From: Thermoanaerobaculia bacterium
Lineage (GTDB): Bacteria > Acidobacteriota > Thermoanaerobaculia > Multivoradales > Multivoraceae
DNA length: 64,000 nt
Assembly (NCBI GenBank): GCA_963664405.1
Contig: OY761158.1
Span: 1,184,001-1,248,000, forward strand
Direction: 5' to 3'
Shown: positions 1-10,345 of the stretch, piece by piece
Layout of the letters: every line of letters starts with the position of its first letter
Position numbering within the stretch: the first letter of the stretch is position 1
Notes under the pieces: generated by a model
Told to the model about the DNA's origin: nothing
The model's database searches: none
What the model saw: the letters and a program-made list of their open reading frames with translations, nothing else
Translations under genes and position numbers: made by a program

Positions 1-16
1 CTATTCCTCCGCCCGG

Positions 17-2041
17 CTAGGGATAGGTCGGTGGGTAGGCTGGGAGGCTGCCCAGGATGCCGGAGCGAATCTCTCCAAAGAGATCGCCCCGCCACTCTCC
101 ACCCTTCGACGACTCAGTCGAGTTGATCACGACGACCAGATCCCACGCCGGAGACACGTAGACGTACTGACCCCCATGGCCGGAGGCGTTGTAGGCCCCG
201 CGCTCATCGTCGGGGCGGAGCCACCAGAGGTAGCCGTAGCCTCGGCGACTCCACGACGAGGTCGCCCAGGGCTCGATCGAGTCGTCGATCCACCGCCAAT
301 CGACGATCTGCGCTTCGCCCCAACGGCCTCGATCCAAGTAAAGCTGGCCGAATCGCGCCATCGCCCGCGGAGTCACCGAAAGGTTGTTGCCACCGAGGTA
401 AATGCCTTGCGGGTCCCGATCCCAGCTCGCCCGCTCGATACCCATCGGCTCGAAGAGCTTGGCGCGCGCGTAATCGAGAGTGCTGCGACCGGTGGCTGCG
501 GTCAAGGCGGCGGAAAGAAGATGCGTGTTGCCGGTGCTATAGCGGAACACCTCGCCTGGTGAGAACTCCATCGGCCGCTCCAGGGCATTGGCGACCCAGT
601 CGCGACTCGACACCCAGTTTCCGTAGTTGCCGAAGCTGGTCGACTCGAGCCCTGAAGACATGGTGAGAAGATGTTGGACCGTGATCGATCCCCGGTCCCC
701 CTCGTCCGCCCCCGACCGACCCAGGAGAGGCGCAATGGGGGTGCCGAGGTCCAACTCGCCTTCCGCAACGGCGATGCCGACGAGGGTCGAGAGAAGACTT
801 TTCGACGCCGACTTCATGTTGTGGAGCCGATCCGGCCCAGCGCCACGGAAGTAGCGCTCTACGGCGAGGAGGCCGTGGCGCAGGATGATCACCGCTTTGA
901 CGCCGTCGAGCTCGCCGATCCGTTCCACGCTGGCAGAGAGCCCGGCGACTTCGAAGCCCAGCGTTGCCGGCGCGGCATTCTTCCAGTCGACTTGCCAGCG
1001 ACCCGGCACCGGCTCACGACGAGAAGCGAGCTCTACGAGAAGACCGGTGTGCTCGGGTGGATCGGCTTCAAGAGGCCGCGTCACCTCCGACCACAGTAGA
1101 GCCCAGTCGTCACGATCACCATTCTGGAGAAGGTGGTCGCCCTGCTCCGAAAGGAGGGCCTCGTAGCCAGCTTCGCGGAGTCGGTTCAGGGTCCGACTCT
1201 CAGGTAACGGGCCGAGATCCGCACTCACGATCAGCGGTCGGGCATCGCCGAGGAGAGCGACCAGCTGGCGAGTCTGAGCCTCGCTGACCCCGAGATCCCC
1301 ACGCGTCAACTGAACACCGAGAACTGTCTCGATCCGGCCACCGCCTACGTCGATATCCGCACGTAGCGCGATCCGACGATCGAAAAGGTGCTTGCGCGGC
1401 TGGAGCTCGGAGACCTCGGCGGCGACGATGGGATAACGGCTGAGCACCGCGGCGCCCTCCTCGAAACCGAGCAGCCGCCGCGATCCGTTGGCGCGGGCGT
1501 AAACCGATTCCATCGAGAGCTCGGTTCCGAGCACCTCGACCAGCGGGCGACGATCGACGTAGCGCCACGCCTCTTGCAGGATGACGACATCGGCGTTGAG
1601 CCTACCGACGGCCTCGATCAACCGACGCTCACGCTCGTCGAGGTCAATCCGATCGGGGTAATGGTGAAGAGCATTGAGCTGCACGATCCGTAGGCGCTGG
1701 GCCTCGACCTCTACCGGTCGCGAGGCCCCCATCGAGATCGCGGCGACCTCCCCAGCCATCGCGCCCGTCAGCTCCGAGATGAAGAGCAGGCCCGCCATGA
1801 TGGCCCCTAGCCCCGATGCCAGCAAGACCCAGCGGAGCCACCGCCGCGCCGGCCAAGCAAGCGTCGCCAGGAGAAGACCTCCTACGATCGCGGTGATCAA
1901 GAGGCCGCCCGCGACCGATGGAGTCAGGACGCGATAGCGACCGACATGCCACAAGGCGACGGCCGCAGCGATAACCGCCGCCGCCAGCAGGAGCGCCGCG
2001 GCGACGGGCCAGCGACGAAGAGGAGCACCGACATCTTCCAT
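17..2041 (-). CDS. Membrane-anchored fusion: degenerate EEP (endo/exonuclease/phosphatase) domain plus class C beta-lactamase-like serine hydrolase
   Basis: Three N-terminal hydrophobic segments; EEP-like motifs (LNALH, DVVILQE, GAAVLSRYPI); C-terminal half has SxxK (SASK), LLTMSSG, YSTGN and ASGHGGQ. Confidence 0.8.
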   Translation of the reverse strand: MEDVGAPLRRWPVAAALLLAAAVIAAAVALWHVGRYRVLTPSVAGGLLITAIVGGLLLATLAWPARRWLRWVLLASGLGAIMAGLLFISELTGAMAGEVAAISMGASRPVEVEAQRLRIVQLNALHHYPDRIDLDERERRLIEAVGRLNADVVILQEAWRYVDRRPLVEVLGTELSMESVYARANGSRRLLGFEEGAAVLSRYPIVAAEVSELQPRKHLFDRRIALRADIDVGGGRIETVLGVQLTRGDLGVSEAQTRQLVALLGDARPLIVSADLGPLPESRTLNRLREAGYEALLSEQGDHLLQNGDRDDWALLWSEVTRPLEADPPEHTGLLVELASRREPVPGRWQVDWKNAAPATLGFEVAGLSASVERIGELDGVKAVIILRHGLLAVERYFRGAGPDRLHNMKSASKSLLSTLVGIAVAEGELDLGTPIAPLLGRSGADEGDRGSITVQHLLTMSSGLESTSFGNYGNWVSSRDWVANALERPMEFSPGEVFRYSTGNTHLLSAALTAATGRSTLDYARAKLFEPMGIERASWDRDPQGIYLGGNNLSVTPRAMARFGQLYLDRGRWGEAQIVDWRWIDDSIEPWATSSWSRRGYGYLWWLRPDDERGAYNASGHGGQYVYVSPAWDLVVVINSTESSKGGEWRGDLFGEIRSGILGSLPAYPPTYP

Positions 2042-2159
2042 CGGCGCTCAAGTTTAGAACGATCGCGCTATCTCGCCGCCCACCCGTTCTCCGACGCGCT
2101 CATAGGAGCGAATTGTGCCAGCGCACACCGTCGAAGCGTTGAAAAAGTCGCGAGCTGGG

Positions 2160-3710
2160 TCACGGGTCTTCGGAGGCTTCGACCTTCAAGACCACCCAGC
2201 CGTTGCGATCATGGACGCGCGGGTAAGGCGTCCGGCCCCACTGCTCTTCCCATCGCCGCTCCAGATCGTGAATCAGAATGTAGTCGTACAGCTGCGCGGC
2301 ACGCCAGTTGAAGCGCTCCGGCACCAGGTGCTCGTCGCCGAGCGAAAGGTAAGGCCGGAGCGAATTGCGGTAGCGCACCGGTGACACCGCGAGTAGGGCA
2401 AACGACTGATCCACTTCACCCAGCTGTCGCGCTTGGTAATAGGAAGGCGCGTGAAGGAAGACGTCGAATCGCAGTCCGGAGGGCGCCCGAGTGTAGATCA
2501 GACCCTTGACGATCTTGCCCGGAGGAATGACCGCGATGGCGTCGTCCAACCCGACGGCGTCACGATCGACGCGTTCGAAGATGGCCGACCACTGAAACGC
2601 AGAAACCAGGTGCAGGCTGATCGCGGCGCATGCCAGTACCGTTTTCAGACGTCCGGGCGAAGGCCAGTTCAGCGTCGACACCAGCAGCAGTGGGGCCAGC
2701 ACCAGGAAGCGCTGGTAGAGCAGGAAGAGACCGTAGGTCGGTAGCTTGCCGCTCTGGAGCGCGGCCGGAAGGACCGCGTAGAGCACCAGGGCCAGCAGCG
2801 CCAGGCTGAGAATCCAAGATCTCGCCGTCGGAGGGCCGCCCTCGGCGCGTCGCCCCCAGAGCGACAGCACGATGACGAGCGCGGCGAGGCCGGCCAACAC
2901 GATCCAGCCGCCACCCCCCGACTCGGCCACATTCAGAGACCATCCGAACGAGGCGATCTTGCGCCCCGGGCCGTCCCACACCGCTCGCACAGCCATACCG
3001 CTCCCGTCGTCGAAGAGCATCGGGAACTTGGCGGCTAGCGTGGCCTGACTGTTCAGGTACCATGCACCGCCCAGCAAGAGCGCCGGGATGGTGGCGCTGA
3101 CACGGATCCTTCGACGCCGCCAATCAGGTGCCTCTAGAACGGTCCAGACAGCCAGCCCGGCGAGACCGAAAGCGAAGACCATCGTATGTGCGAGCACAAG
3201 CAACAACCAGAGCATCGCGTCGACAATCCAGCTGCGCGCACCCCTCTGGCCTTGGAGCAATCGCGCTAGCAACCAGATGAGAATCGGAAGCCCCATACAG
3301 AAGGACATGAAACCGAAGATCAGGTTGAAGTGCAGCGCCAGGAGCATGCCGACGACAGCGTTCCATGGCGACGTGCCGAGACGGCGCGTCAACAAATACA
3401 TCGCACCAGCCATACCCGCCAGGTAGACGATCAGCAAGGCCTTCACCGCGAGCGTCTCGCCCAGGAGAGCCATCGCCGGAGCGAGCAAGAGCAGGTAAAG
3501 CAGGTTGACCTGCGGGAAGAGTTGGCTTTCGAAAGTCTGCGCCAGACCCGGCTCGTCGAGGTGGAGCAACAGCTGAGCGAGAGCGACGTGCTGGGGCAGG
3601 TCGACGAAGGGCAGGAAGGCCGTCGTGGCCACGATGGCGACCTGGAGCATCACGACGCCACAGAGCGCGACAATTGCGGGGCACGGTCTCAAAGGGCTAG
3701 GGTATTCCAT
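2160..3710 (-). CDS. Polytopic membrane protein, probable GT-C-fold glycosyltransferase
   Basis: About 11 hydrophobic segments; acidic DLPQH motif in first loop; soluble C-terminal domain; divergent from the glycan cluster. Confidence 0.55.
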   Translation of the reverse strand: MEYPSPLRPCPAIVALCGVVMLQVAIVATTAFLPFVDLPQHVALAQLLLHLDEPGLAQTFESQLFPQVNLLYLLLLAPAMALLGETLAVKALLIVYLAGMAGAMYLLTRRLGTSPWNAVVGMLLALHFNLIFGFMSFCMGLPILIWLLARLLQGQRGARSWIVDAMLWLLLVLAHTMVFAFGLAGLAVWTVLEAPDWRRRRIRVSATIPALLLGGAWYLNSQATLAAKFPMLFDDGSGMAVRAVWDGPGRKIASFGWSLNVAESGGGGWIVLAGLAALVIVLSLWGRRAEGGPPTARSWILSLALLALVLYAVLPAALQSGKLPTYGLFLLYQRFLVLAPLLLVSTLNWPSPGRLKTVLACAAISLHLVSAFQWSAIFERVDRDAVGLDDAIAVIPPGKIVKGLIYTRAPSGLRFDVFLHAPSYYQARQLGEVDQSFALLAVSPVRYRNSLRPYLSLGDEHLVPERFNWRAAQLYDYILIHDLERRWEEQWGRTPYPRVHDRNGWVVLKVEASEDP

Positions 3711-3793
3711 TGGACAGGTCGGGATCTAGCGAGGTCATCGCGGGGCTGTTGCAGCATCCTTCCGCTGTATTCCTTTCTGCTATCGTCCCGGCG

Positions 3794-5617
3794 ATGAAGG
3801 AATCTGAAGCCGCGGCCGACCGCGGCTCGGCGCTGCTGCTGCTCTTGGTCGGAACGGCGCTTGTTTACAGTTTCAAGCTCATCGGCGAGACGTACTTCGA
3901 TGGTTTCGTCTTCGACCTAGGCAGTCCGGGAGTCCCGTCGGCGCTCTACATTGGGTTCCTAGCTCTGTGGAGCTTCTTTGGGCTGTGTGCTGCAACGGCG
4001 TTTACACTCGGCTTCGTCCTGCTGGCGAACTTGCGCAAGGGCGGCTCGGTGGCGAAGAGCCTCCTGCCAGAGTATTCCGATCTGCGGTGGATTGCAGTTT
4101 CAGCGATTCTCGCGTTCCTGATCCCGCTCGGCATCCGCCTTTTTGTGCTCGACGGAGCGCCCCTAACGGACGACGAGAGCGCCTATCGCTTCTCCGCACA
4201 GCTGCTGGCCCAGGGTCGTCTAGTCGCTGACTCTCCACCTGAGAAGCTGTTCTTCGATCGTTCCTTCATGATCAACGACGGTCGTTTCTATAGCCAATAT
4301 TTTCTCGGCTGGCCGGCCCTGATGGTCCCTTTTCTCTGGCTTGGTCTGCCAGGATTGGCGAACGCATTCATCTCGGGTCTCACGGTCCCCGGGGTCTTCC
4401 TAGTGGCGCGGCGTTTCGCAGGCGGCGGAGCTGCCCGCCTGGCGACGCTGCTCTACCTCGGCTCGCCCTTCCTGATGGTCGCTGCAGCGACCGAGCTCTC
4501 GCACACTTCGTGTCTGGGCGCATTGGTGTGGATGACCTGGGCGACCCAGCGAAGCCGAGACGAGGACTCGAACTCCGCGGTAGCGGCATGGGTCGGGCTC
4601 TTCTTCTGCGTGGCCTTCTTCATACGCCCCCTGACGGCTCTGAGCCTCGGCCTGCCCCTCATGGCTTGGTGGGGCCTCGGGGTCTTGAGGCGTCAGGAGA
4701 GGGAAAGATGGCGGGTGGTGGTCGCGTTCGCGATTCCCTGCGTGCTGCTAGGAGGGCTCTTCCTCGAAGTGAACGTCCTACAGAACGGCTCGGCTACGAG
4801 GAGCGCCTATAGCGCGGCACTCGACTACGCGCGCGACAACGACTTCCGGTTTACACACTTTGACGAGGACACTACTCTTTCAGTGCCCCTAGACCCAACC
4901 CGACTCAAGATCGGCATCGCGAATGCCGGCGTGGCGCTCTTCCGGCTCAACGGCGCCATGTTCGGCTGGCCCATCTCTTTCCTATTGGTGCCCTTGGCGT
5001 GGCGAGCCAAGCAATCGGGGGTACTCTGGACGGGCATCGCGGCTTTCATGCTCTTCCACCTGACAATGCTCAACGTCGGAATCGATTCCTTCGGGCCGGT
5101 CCATTATCTCGAGCTCACCTGGCCCACGATCTTACTGTCATCAATCGGCGTGACGCGCCTCACAGAGCACCTGGCGGCTCGACCGGCCGCCGGAGGAATC
5201 GACTGGGCCTGCGCCCCGGCCATCCTGGTCCTTGTGCTCGTTGGTCTGGGGCTCACCTGCTACGTGCCACCGAGATTCGGCGCTTTGCGGAGCATGACCA
5301 CCGTCATCAATCGAGCGCTGCGAACGCCAGAGAACTACGGGCTCTCGAATGCAATCGTCTTCGCCCCGCGCTTTCTCACCCGCAACTGCGAGCTACCCGC
5401 GCCCCAGTCCTTCGTTCAATGGCGCCCCAATCCAGACCCGAGCCTGGAGGACAACATCCTGTGGGTGAATCACATCACAATCGACGACGACCGGCGCCTG
5501 ATGCGGCACTTCCCCGACCGGCAAGGCTTCGTCTTCGGTTGGGCGAGGGGCTGCAAGGGGGCGTTGCTGGCTCTCGACGACCCACGGGCCGACACGATTC
5601 CACCCGGTCCGAGCTAG
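3794..5617 (+). CDS. GT-C (ArnT/PMT, GT39/83-like) membrane glycosyltransferase
   Basis: TDDESAY motif after N-terminal TM helices; many TM segments; start placed at ATG 3794, 7 nt after a TATCGT -10 box. Confidence 0.7.
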   Translation: MKESEAAADRGSALLLLLVGTALVYSFKLIGETYFDGFVFDLGSPGVPSALYIGFLALWSFFGLCAATAFTLGFVLLANLRKGGSVAKSLLPEYSDLRWIAVSAILAFLIPLGIRLFVLDGAPLTDDESAYRFSAQLLAQGRLVADSPPEKLFFDRSFMINDGRFYSQYFLGWPALMVPFLWLGLPGLANAFISGLTVPGVFLVARRFAGGGAARLATLLYLGSPFLMVAAATELSHTSCLGALVWMTWATQRSRDEDSNSAVAAWVGLFFCVAFFIRPLTALSLGLPLMAWWGLGVLRRQERERWRVVVAFAIPCVLLGGLFLEVNVLQNGSATRSAYSAALDYARDNDFRFTHFDEDTTLSVPLDPTRLKIGIANAGVALFRLNGAMFGWPISFLLVPLAWRAKQSGVLWTGIAAFMLFHLTMLNVGIDSFGPVHYLELTWPTILLSSIGVTRLTEHLAARPAAGGIDWACAPAILVLVLVGLGLTCYVPPRFGALRSMTTVINRALRTPENYGLSNAIVFAPRFLTRNCELPAPQSFVQWRPNPDPSLEDNILWVNHITIDDDRRLMRHFPDRQGFVFGWARGCKGALLALDDPRADTIPPGPS

Positions 5618-5650
5618 CTGCCGGGACTGATAGCGGAGGCGACGCACACG

Positions 5651-6679
5651 ATGGTAGGGTCTCGCCGCGCGATGGCAACAGTGCTCGTAACAGGAGGAGC
5701 CGGCTACATCGGCAGTGTGCTGGTGCCAAAGTTGCTCCTCCAGGGCCACCGCGTCGTCGTCCTCGACGCTCTCTGGTTCGGGGATCGGGGGCTTCTGGCA
5801 GTCGCCGATTCGCCCGACCTCTCCCTCGTTCCTGGCGATTTGAGAGACGCGGAGTTGGTCGAGCGCCTGTTGCGCAAGCACGCGCCGGAAGTCGTGATCA
5901 ATCTGGCTGCCGTCTCCAACGACCCCTGTTCAGACATCGACGCAGAGCTCACTCGGAGCATCAACCTGGAGGCGACGTCCAAGCTGATGCATGGCGCCAA
6001 ACAGGCGGGCGTGCGGAGGTTTCTCAACGCCTCTTCGGCCAGCGTCTACGGGATCAAGAAGGAGTCGGAAGTCACAGAGGATCTCTCACTCGAGCCGTTG
6101 ACTCTCTACGCGCGATACAAGGCCGATACGGAGCGTGTCCTGTCGGCGCTCATCGACGACGAGTTTTGCGGCTTTTCGGTTCGCGCAGCTACCGTCTGCG
6201 GCTTTTCGCCGCGACTGAGGCTCGACCTGACCATCAATATCCTCACCTATCATGCAGTAACAAAGGGGCGGATTCGTGTCTTCGGCGGCGAGCAGTATCG
6301 ACCCAACATACACATCCAGGACCTGACCGATCTCTACACCCGTCTAGTCGACATCGACTCCACCGTAATCAACGGAAAGGCACTCAACGTGTCGGCCGGT
6401 AACTCGAGCGTCCTCGAACTGGCGCATATGGTTCGCGACCAGGTTTCAGCCGACATAACGATCGAGATCGTACCGACCGAAGACAATAGGTCGTACCGGC
6501 TTTCGACAAGTCGTGCGAGCAGCGAGATCGGTTTCGCAGCCACCCGGGATCTCAGCGATGCTGTCAAGGAGCTCAAAGCCAGCTTCGAAAACGGCACGAT
6601 CGCTGACCCTGATGACTTTCACTATCGCAACGTCGAGGTCATGACGCGACACCCTGAGATCTTGGCCTACACGGGCTGA
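5651..6679 (+). CDS. NAD-dependent nucleotide-sugar epimerase/dehydratase (extended SDR)
   Basis: TGGAGYIG, SSASVYG, YxxxK (YARYK); alternative start 5672. Confidence 0.9.
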   Translation: MVGSRRAMATVLVTGGAGYIGSVLVPKLLLQGHRVVVLDALWFGDRGLLAVADSPDLSLVPGDLRDAELVERLLRKHAPEVVINLAAVSNDPCSDIDAELTRSINLEATSKLMHGAKQAGVRRFLNASSASVYGIKKESEVTEDLSLEPLTLYARYKADTERVLSALIDDEFCGFSVRAATVCGFSPRLRLDLTINILTYHAVTKGRIRVFGGEQYRPNIHIQDLTDLYTRLVDIDSTVINGKALNVSAGNSSVLELAHMVRDQVSADITIEIVPTEDNRSYRLSTSRASSEIGFAATRDLSDAVKELKASFENGTIADPDDFHYRNVEVMTRHPEILAYTG

Positions 6680-6686
6680 GCCGACA

Positions 6687-7781
6687 GTGCGAGTCCCCTA
6701 CCTCAATCTGAAGGCCCAGTACGAGCCTATCCGAGCGCGCCTCCATCACGCTCTCGACAGCGTTCTGACCCACGGCCAGTTCATTCTCGGTCCTGAAGTG
6801 GCAGAGCTCGAGCGGCGCCTCGCCACCTACCTTGGCGTCAAAGAGGCGGTCACCTGCAACTCCGGGACGGATGCGCTCCTGTTGGCCTTCAAGCTGCGTG
6901 GCATTGGCGAGGGCGATGAAGTGATCACGACCTCGCACTCCTTTGTGGCCACAGCGAACGCGATCGTCAATGTCGGCGCAAGGCCGGTCTTCGTCGACAT
7001 CGAGACCGACACGATGTGTATCGACCCACGCGCCGTAGAGGCGGCGATCACTCCGCGTACCCGGGCCGTCGTGCCGGTTCATTTGAATGGCTACCCCTGC
7101 GAGCTCGGCGCAATCGAATTACTGTGCCAGCAGCACGATCTGGCACTGATCGAGGACTGTGCCCAGGCCCTTGGTGCTTCGCGCCGGGGAGCAGGTGTTG
7201 GTACACGGGACATCGGCTGCTTTTCGTTGCATCCTCTAAAAGCTCTTGCAGCGCCCGGCGACGCGGGGTTCCTCACGGTGACGTCAAACGACGATGCCAC
7301 CCGTCTGCGCGAGATCAGGAACCACGGGCTCATCGACCGCGACACCTGTGCTCGCGTCGGCATCAACAGCCGTTTGGATACGCTGCACGCGGCTTTCTTG
7401 CTCGTCAAGCTCGACACCCTCGATGACGCCCTCGCCAGGCGACGCCGCAACGCAGACGTCTACCGCGCAATTCTCGACGGCCTGGTGGAGTTGCCACCAG
7501 ACGGTCCGGACGTCGAACAGACGTGGAGTGCCTTTGTCGTTCGGCATCAAAGAAGAGACGAGATCATCTCGGCCTTGGCCGGTCACGGTGTCACGGCATT
7601 GGTCCACTACCCACGCGCAATCCACCAGCAGCCGGCCTACCTGCCACAGCCCGCCCTCCCCGTCACCGAGAGCGTTGTTTCGCAAATATTCAGCCTGCCG
7701 ATCGCCGCCGAGCTCAGCGAGGAGCAGGTACGCGCAGCCGCCGAGGTTCTATGCGCGGTTCTCGAGGAGACCGATGACTGA
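6687..7781 (+). CDS. DegT/DnrJ/EryC1/StrS PLP-dependent sugar aminotransferase
   Basis: NSGTDAL, EDCAQA, FSLHPLK (PLP lysine), GINSRLD. Confidence 0.92.
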   Translation: MRVPYLNLKAQYEPIRARLHHALDSVLTHGQFILGPEVAELERRLATYLGVKEAVTCNSGTDALLLAFKLRGIGEGDEVITTSHSFVATANAIVNVGARPVFVDIETDTMCIDPRAVEAAITPRTRAVVPVHLNGYPCELGAIELLCQQHDLALIEDCAQALGASRRGAGVGTRDIGCFSLHPLKALAAPGDAGFLTVTSNDDATRLREIRNHGLIDRDTCARVGINSRLDTLHAAFLLVKLDTLDDALARRRRNADVYRAILDGLVELPPDGPDVEQTWSAFVVRHQRRDEIISALAGHGVTALVHYPRAIHQQPAYLPQPALPVTESVVSQIFSLPIAAELSEEQVRAAAEVLCAVLEETDD

Positions 7782-9315
7782 GGCGGAGCCCAAGGTCGTA
7801 TCGGCCGACGCACTGGTCGACGTGCTGGCTGAGCTACGGGCGAAGGGCAAGAAGGTCGTGCAGTGTCACGGCTGCTTCGACATCGTGCATCCTGGTCACA
7901 TTCGGTATCTCAAATTCGCCAAGAGCCTGGGCGATGTTCTGTTCGTCAGCGTGACCGCTGACCGAGTGGTCGGCAAGGGTGAGGACCGACCCTACATCAG
8001 TGAGGATCTGCGTTTGGAGAACCTGGCCGTCCTCGAGTTCGTCGACTACGTCTACCTCGACGACAACAGTTGGGCGGGACCGATCCTCGAGCAGGTTCAA
8101 CCGGACATTTACGTCAAGGGCAAGGAATACGAGAGCAAGGGAGACCCTCGATTCGCTCAGGAACGCGAGTTGGTTGAGGGCTACGGCGGCAGAGTCGTCT
8201 TCAGCTCGGGCGACGTCGTTTACTCGTCGACCTACATTCTCAGTCAGTTCCGCGAACGTCTTCCCCTAGAGCAGGAGCGCCTGGAGAGCTACTGCCGGCA
8301 GCAGGAGATCACTCGCGAAAGGCTGATGGCGCTGACGAGGTCCTTCTCCGAGAAGAAGATCCTCGTGCTGGGCGACCCGGTTCTCGATCAGTACATCCAT
8401 TGCGAGGCGCTCGGCATCGCGTCGGAGGCACCGATTCTCACCGTCAACCCGATCCACGAGGATTGGTTCGCCGGTGGAGCGGCGTTGATCGCGGCACAGA
8501 TCGTAGAGCTCGGTGGAGATGCTGGGCTGTTCGTCAACCTGCGCCCGGGCGAAACGAGCGATCGCTTTCGCGACATGGTCCAAGCGTCGGGAGTCGAGCT
8601 CATCGATTCTGCCGACCGCGAACGGCCTGTCGCCATGAAGACGCGCTACCTGGTCGAAGAGAGCAAGGTCTTCAAGGTCGACAATGTGCGCTCCCTGCCA
8701 TCCTCAGCCGGCGCTTCGCGAACGATTGCCGGCGAGCTCGACTCGATTCTTGGCGACTACGACGGTCTGATCATCACCGACTTCGGGTACGGTTTCTTCA
8801 CCCGGCCACTCATCAACGCCCTAGAGACGGTAGTCGCGGCCCGGAGAAAGCCCTACTACCTCGACGTCAGCCATACGCACCATGCGAGTATCCTCAGCTT
8901 CAGCGGCCCACGGATCGCTACTCCGACGGAACAAGAATTGCGGTTCGCATTCGCGGACAATGAAGCTGGCCTGTCGAATCTGGCCTCCCGCTTCTTCCGC
9001 AAGACTAACGCCGAGAACCTGCTGCTGACGATGGGATCTCGCGGCGTGCTCCTCTTTCGACGGCCCGCCAGCTCCGCGCTCCGTCTTGACACTGACTTCT
9101 TGCCGGCGTTCGAGTCGGCAGCGATGGATCCTGTCGGTGCCGGAGACGTCTTCCTGGCAGCAGTGGCGCTCTCTGACCTAGCCGGAGCCAGCTGCCAAGT
9201 CGGCGCCTACTTAGGTAGCGCCCTCGCGGCTCTGCAGGTGGCTGTGCTCGGTAATAATGTCGTCGACTCCCGCGTACTGCACACTTATCTCGAGCGCCGT
9301 CCAGAGCTCAGATGA
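7774..9315 (+). CDS. Bifunctional HldE/RfaE-like protein: N-terminal nucleotidyltransferase plus C-terminal PfkB sugar kinase
   Basis: HGCFDIVHPGH (HxGH) and YVKGKEY at N-terminus; LGDPVLD and DPVGAGD in C-terminal half; ATG 7774 overlaps the upstream stop. Confidence 0.85.
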   Translation: MTEAEPKVVSADALVDVLAELRAKGKKVVQCHGCFDIVHPGHIRYLKFAKSLGDVLFVSVTADRVVGKGEDRPYISEDLRLENLAVLEFVDYVYLDDNSWAGPILEQVQPDIYVKGKEYESKGDPRFAQERELVEGYGGRVVFSSGDVVYSSTYILSQFRERLPLEQERLESYCRQQEITRERLMALTRSFSEKKILVLGDPVLDQYIHCEALGIASEAPILTVNPIHEDWFAGGAALIAAQIVELGGDAGLFVNLRPGETSDRFRDMVQASGVELIDSADRERPVAMKTRYLVEESKVFKVDNVRSLPSSAGASRTIAGELDSILGDYDGLIITDFGYGFFTRPLINALETVVAARRKPYYLDVSHTHHASILSFSGPRIATPTEQELRFAFADNEAGLSNLASRFFRKTNAENLLLTMGSRGVLLFRRPASSALRLDTDFLPAFESAAMDPVGAGDVFLAAVALSDLAGASCQVGAYLGSALAALQVAVLGNNVVDSRVLHTYLERRPELR

Positions 9316-10298
9316 CATTGCGGGCAAGGCGAGTGTTGCAACTCGTGGCGGGCATTGTCATCGCTGCAGTGCTGCTCTACTTGAGCTTCGCCAAGCTGAG
9401 TCTCGACGTCGTCATGAAGGAGCTCGCGAGTGCGAGGTTGGAGCTGCTCGGGCTGGCCATGCTCGTGCGTCTAGCGGCCCTTTCGTTGGCGTCGCTGCGT
9501 TCCAGAATCTTTCTCGCGCCGATACGCAGATTCAGCATCTATCGTCTCTTCAAGTCCCTCGTACTCGGGTTCATGATCACGAACCTCGTGCCGCTCAGGG
9601 CGGGTGAGCTAGCTCGCGTAGGCTACCTCGCGCGATACGGCAACGTCGCTGCCAGCAGCTGCCTGGCAGCCGTCGCGGCCGAACGGCTGCTCGACCTCAG
9701 CGTACTACTGGGTCTGTTCGTCGTCATTCTACCCGGGCTCGCTGTCGATCTACCGATCGGCGCTACGCTGTACGTGGGGTGCGGTCTGTGTGCCATTGCA
9801 ATCTCGGTCGCAGCTCTCTTGGGTAGGCACCCGCAGCGGTTGGTTGCCCTTTCGCGGGCCTTCGGCCATCTCCTGGGTCGGAAGCTTGGAGGCTTCTTGG
9901 AGGCTAAGTCGGCACTCTTTGCGCACGGGCTGTCCGCCCTCGGTTCGATGAAGGCGCTGCTCGCCGTGATCTTTCTCTCGGCCCTGTTCTGGCTCTGCTC
10001 GGTGGCCTCTATTCATCTCTGGCTCTTGGCTCTCGGGCTCGATCTCCCCTGGGGAGCACCAGTGGTCGTCCTCGCCTTCCTCTCGCTCGGGCTGGCCGTG
10101 CCGACGACGCCTGGCAACATTGGCACCTACCACTTTCTGGCCTTCGCGGCGCTCACGACTCTCGGCGTTTCGGACAACAAGGCCGGCTCGTTTGCCCTTC
10201 TGGGTCATGCGATGTCGATCGTGCCAACGACCTTGATCGGCGTCGTTCTGTTGCTCGGAGACGTCTATTACTCCAAACGAACAGCGTCGGCGTCATGA
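9312..10298 (+). CDS. Lysylphosphatidylglycerol-synthase-TM (UPF0104) family putative flippase
   Basis: NLVPLRAGELAR, ERLLD, PTTPGNIGTYH motifs; multiple TM helices. Confidence 0.85.
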   Translation: MTLRARRVLQLVAGIVIAAVLLYLSFAKLSLDVVMKELASARLELLGLAMLVRLAALSLASLRSRIFLAPIRRFSIYRLFKSLVLGFMITNLVPLRAGELARVGYLARYGNVAASSCLAAVAAERLLDLSVLLGLFVVILPGLAVDLPIGATLYVGCGLCAIAISVAALLGRHPQRLVALSRAFGHLLGRKLGGFLEAKSALFAHGLSALGSMKALLAVIFLSALFWLCSVASIHLWLLALGLDLPWGAPVVVLAFLSLGLAVPTTPGNIGTYHFLAFAALTTLGVSDNKAGSFALLGHAMSIVPTTLIGVVLLLGDVYYSKRTASAS

Positions 10299-10345
10299 GC
10301 TGACAGGGGCCACCACTCGGCAGTCCACAAGAGGTCTCGAGAGCG

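Noticed and set aside
4999-6402. Long alternative-frame and antisense ORFs (e.g. 4999-6402, 29506-31119, 49779-51593, 35425-36819)
   Set aside because: Shadow ORFs typical of high-GC DNA that overlap genes with clear family motifs
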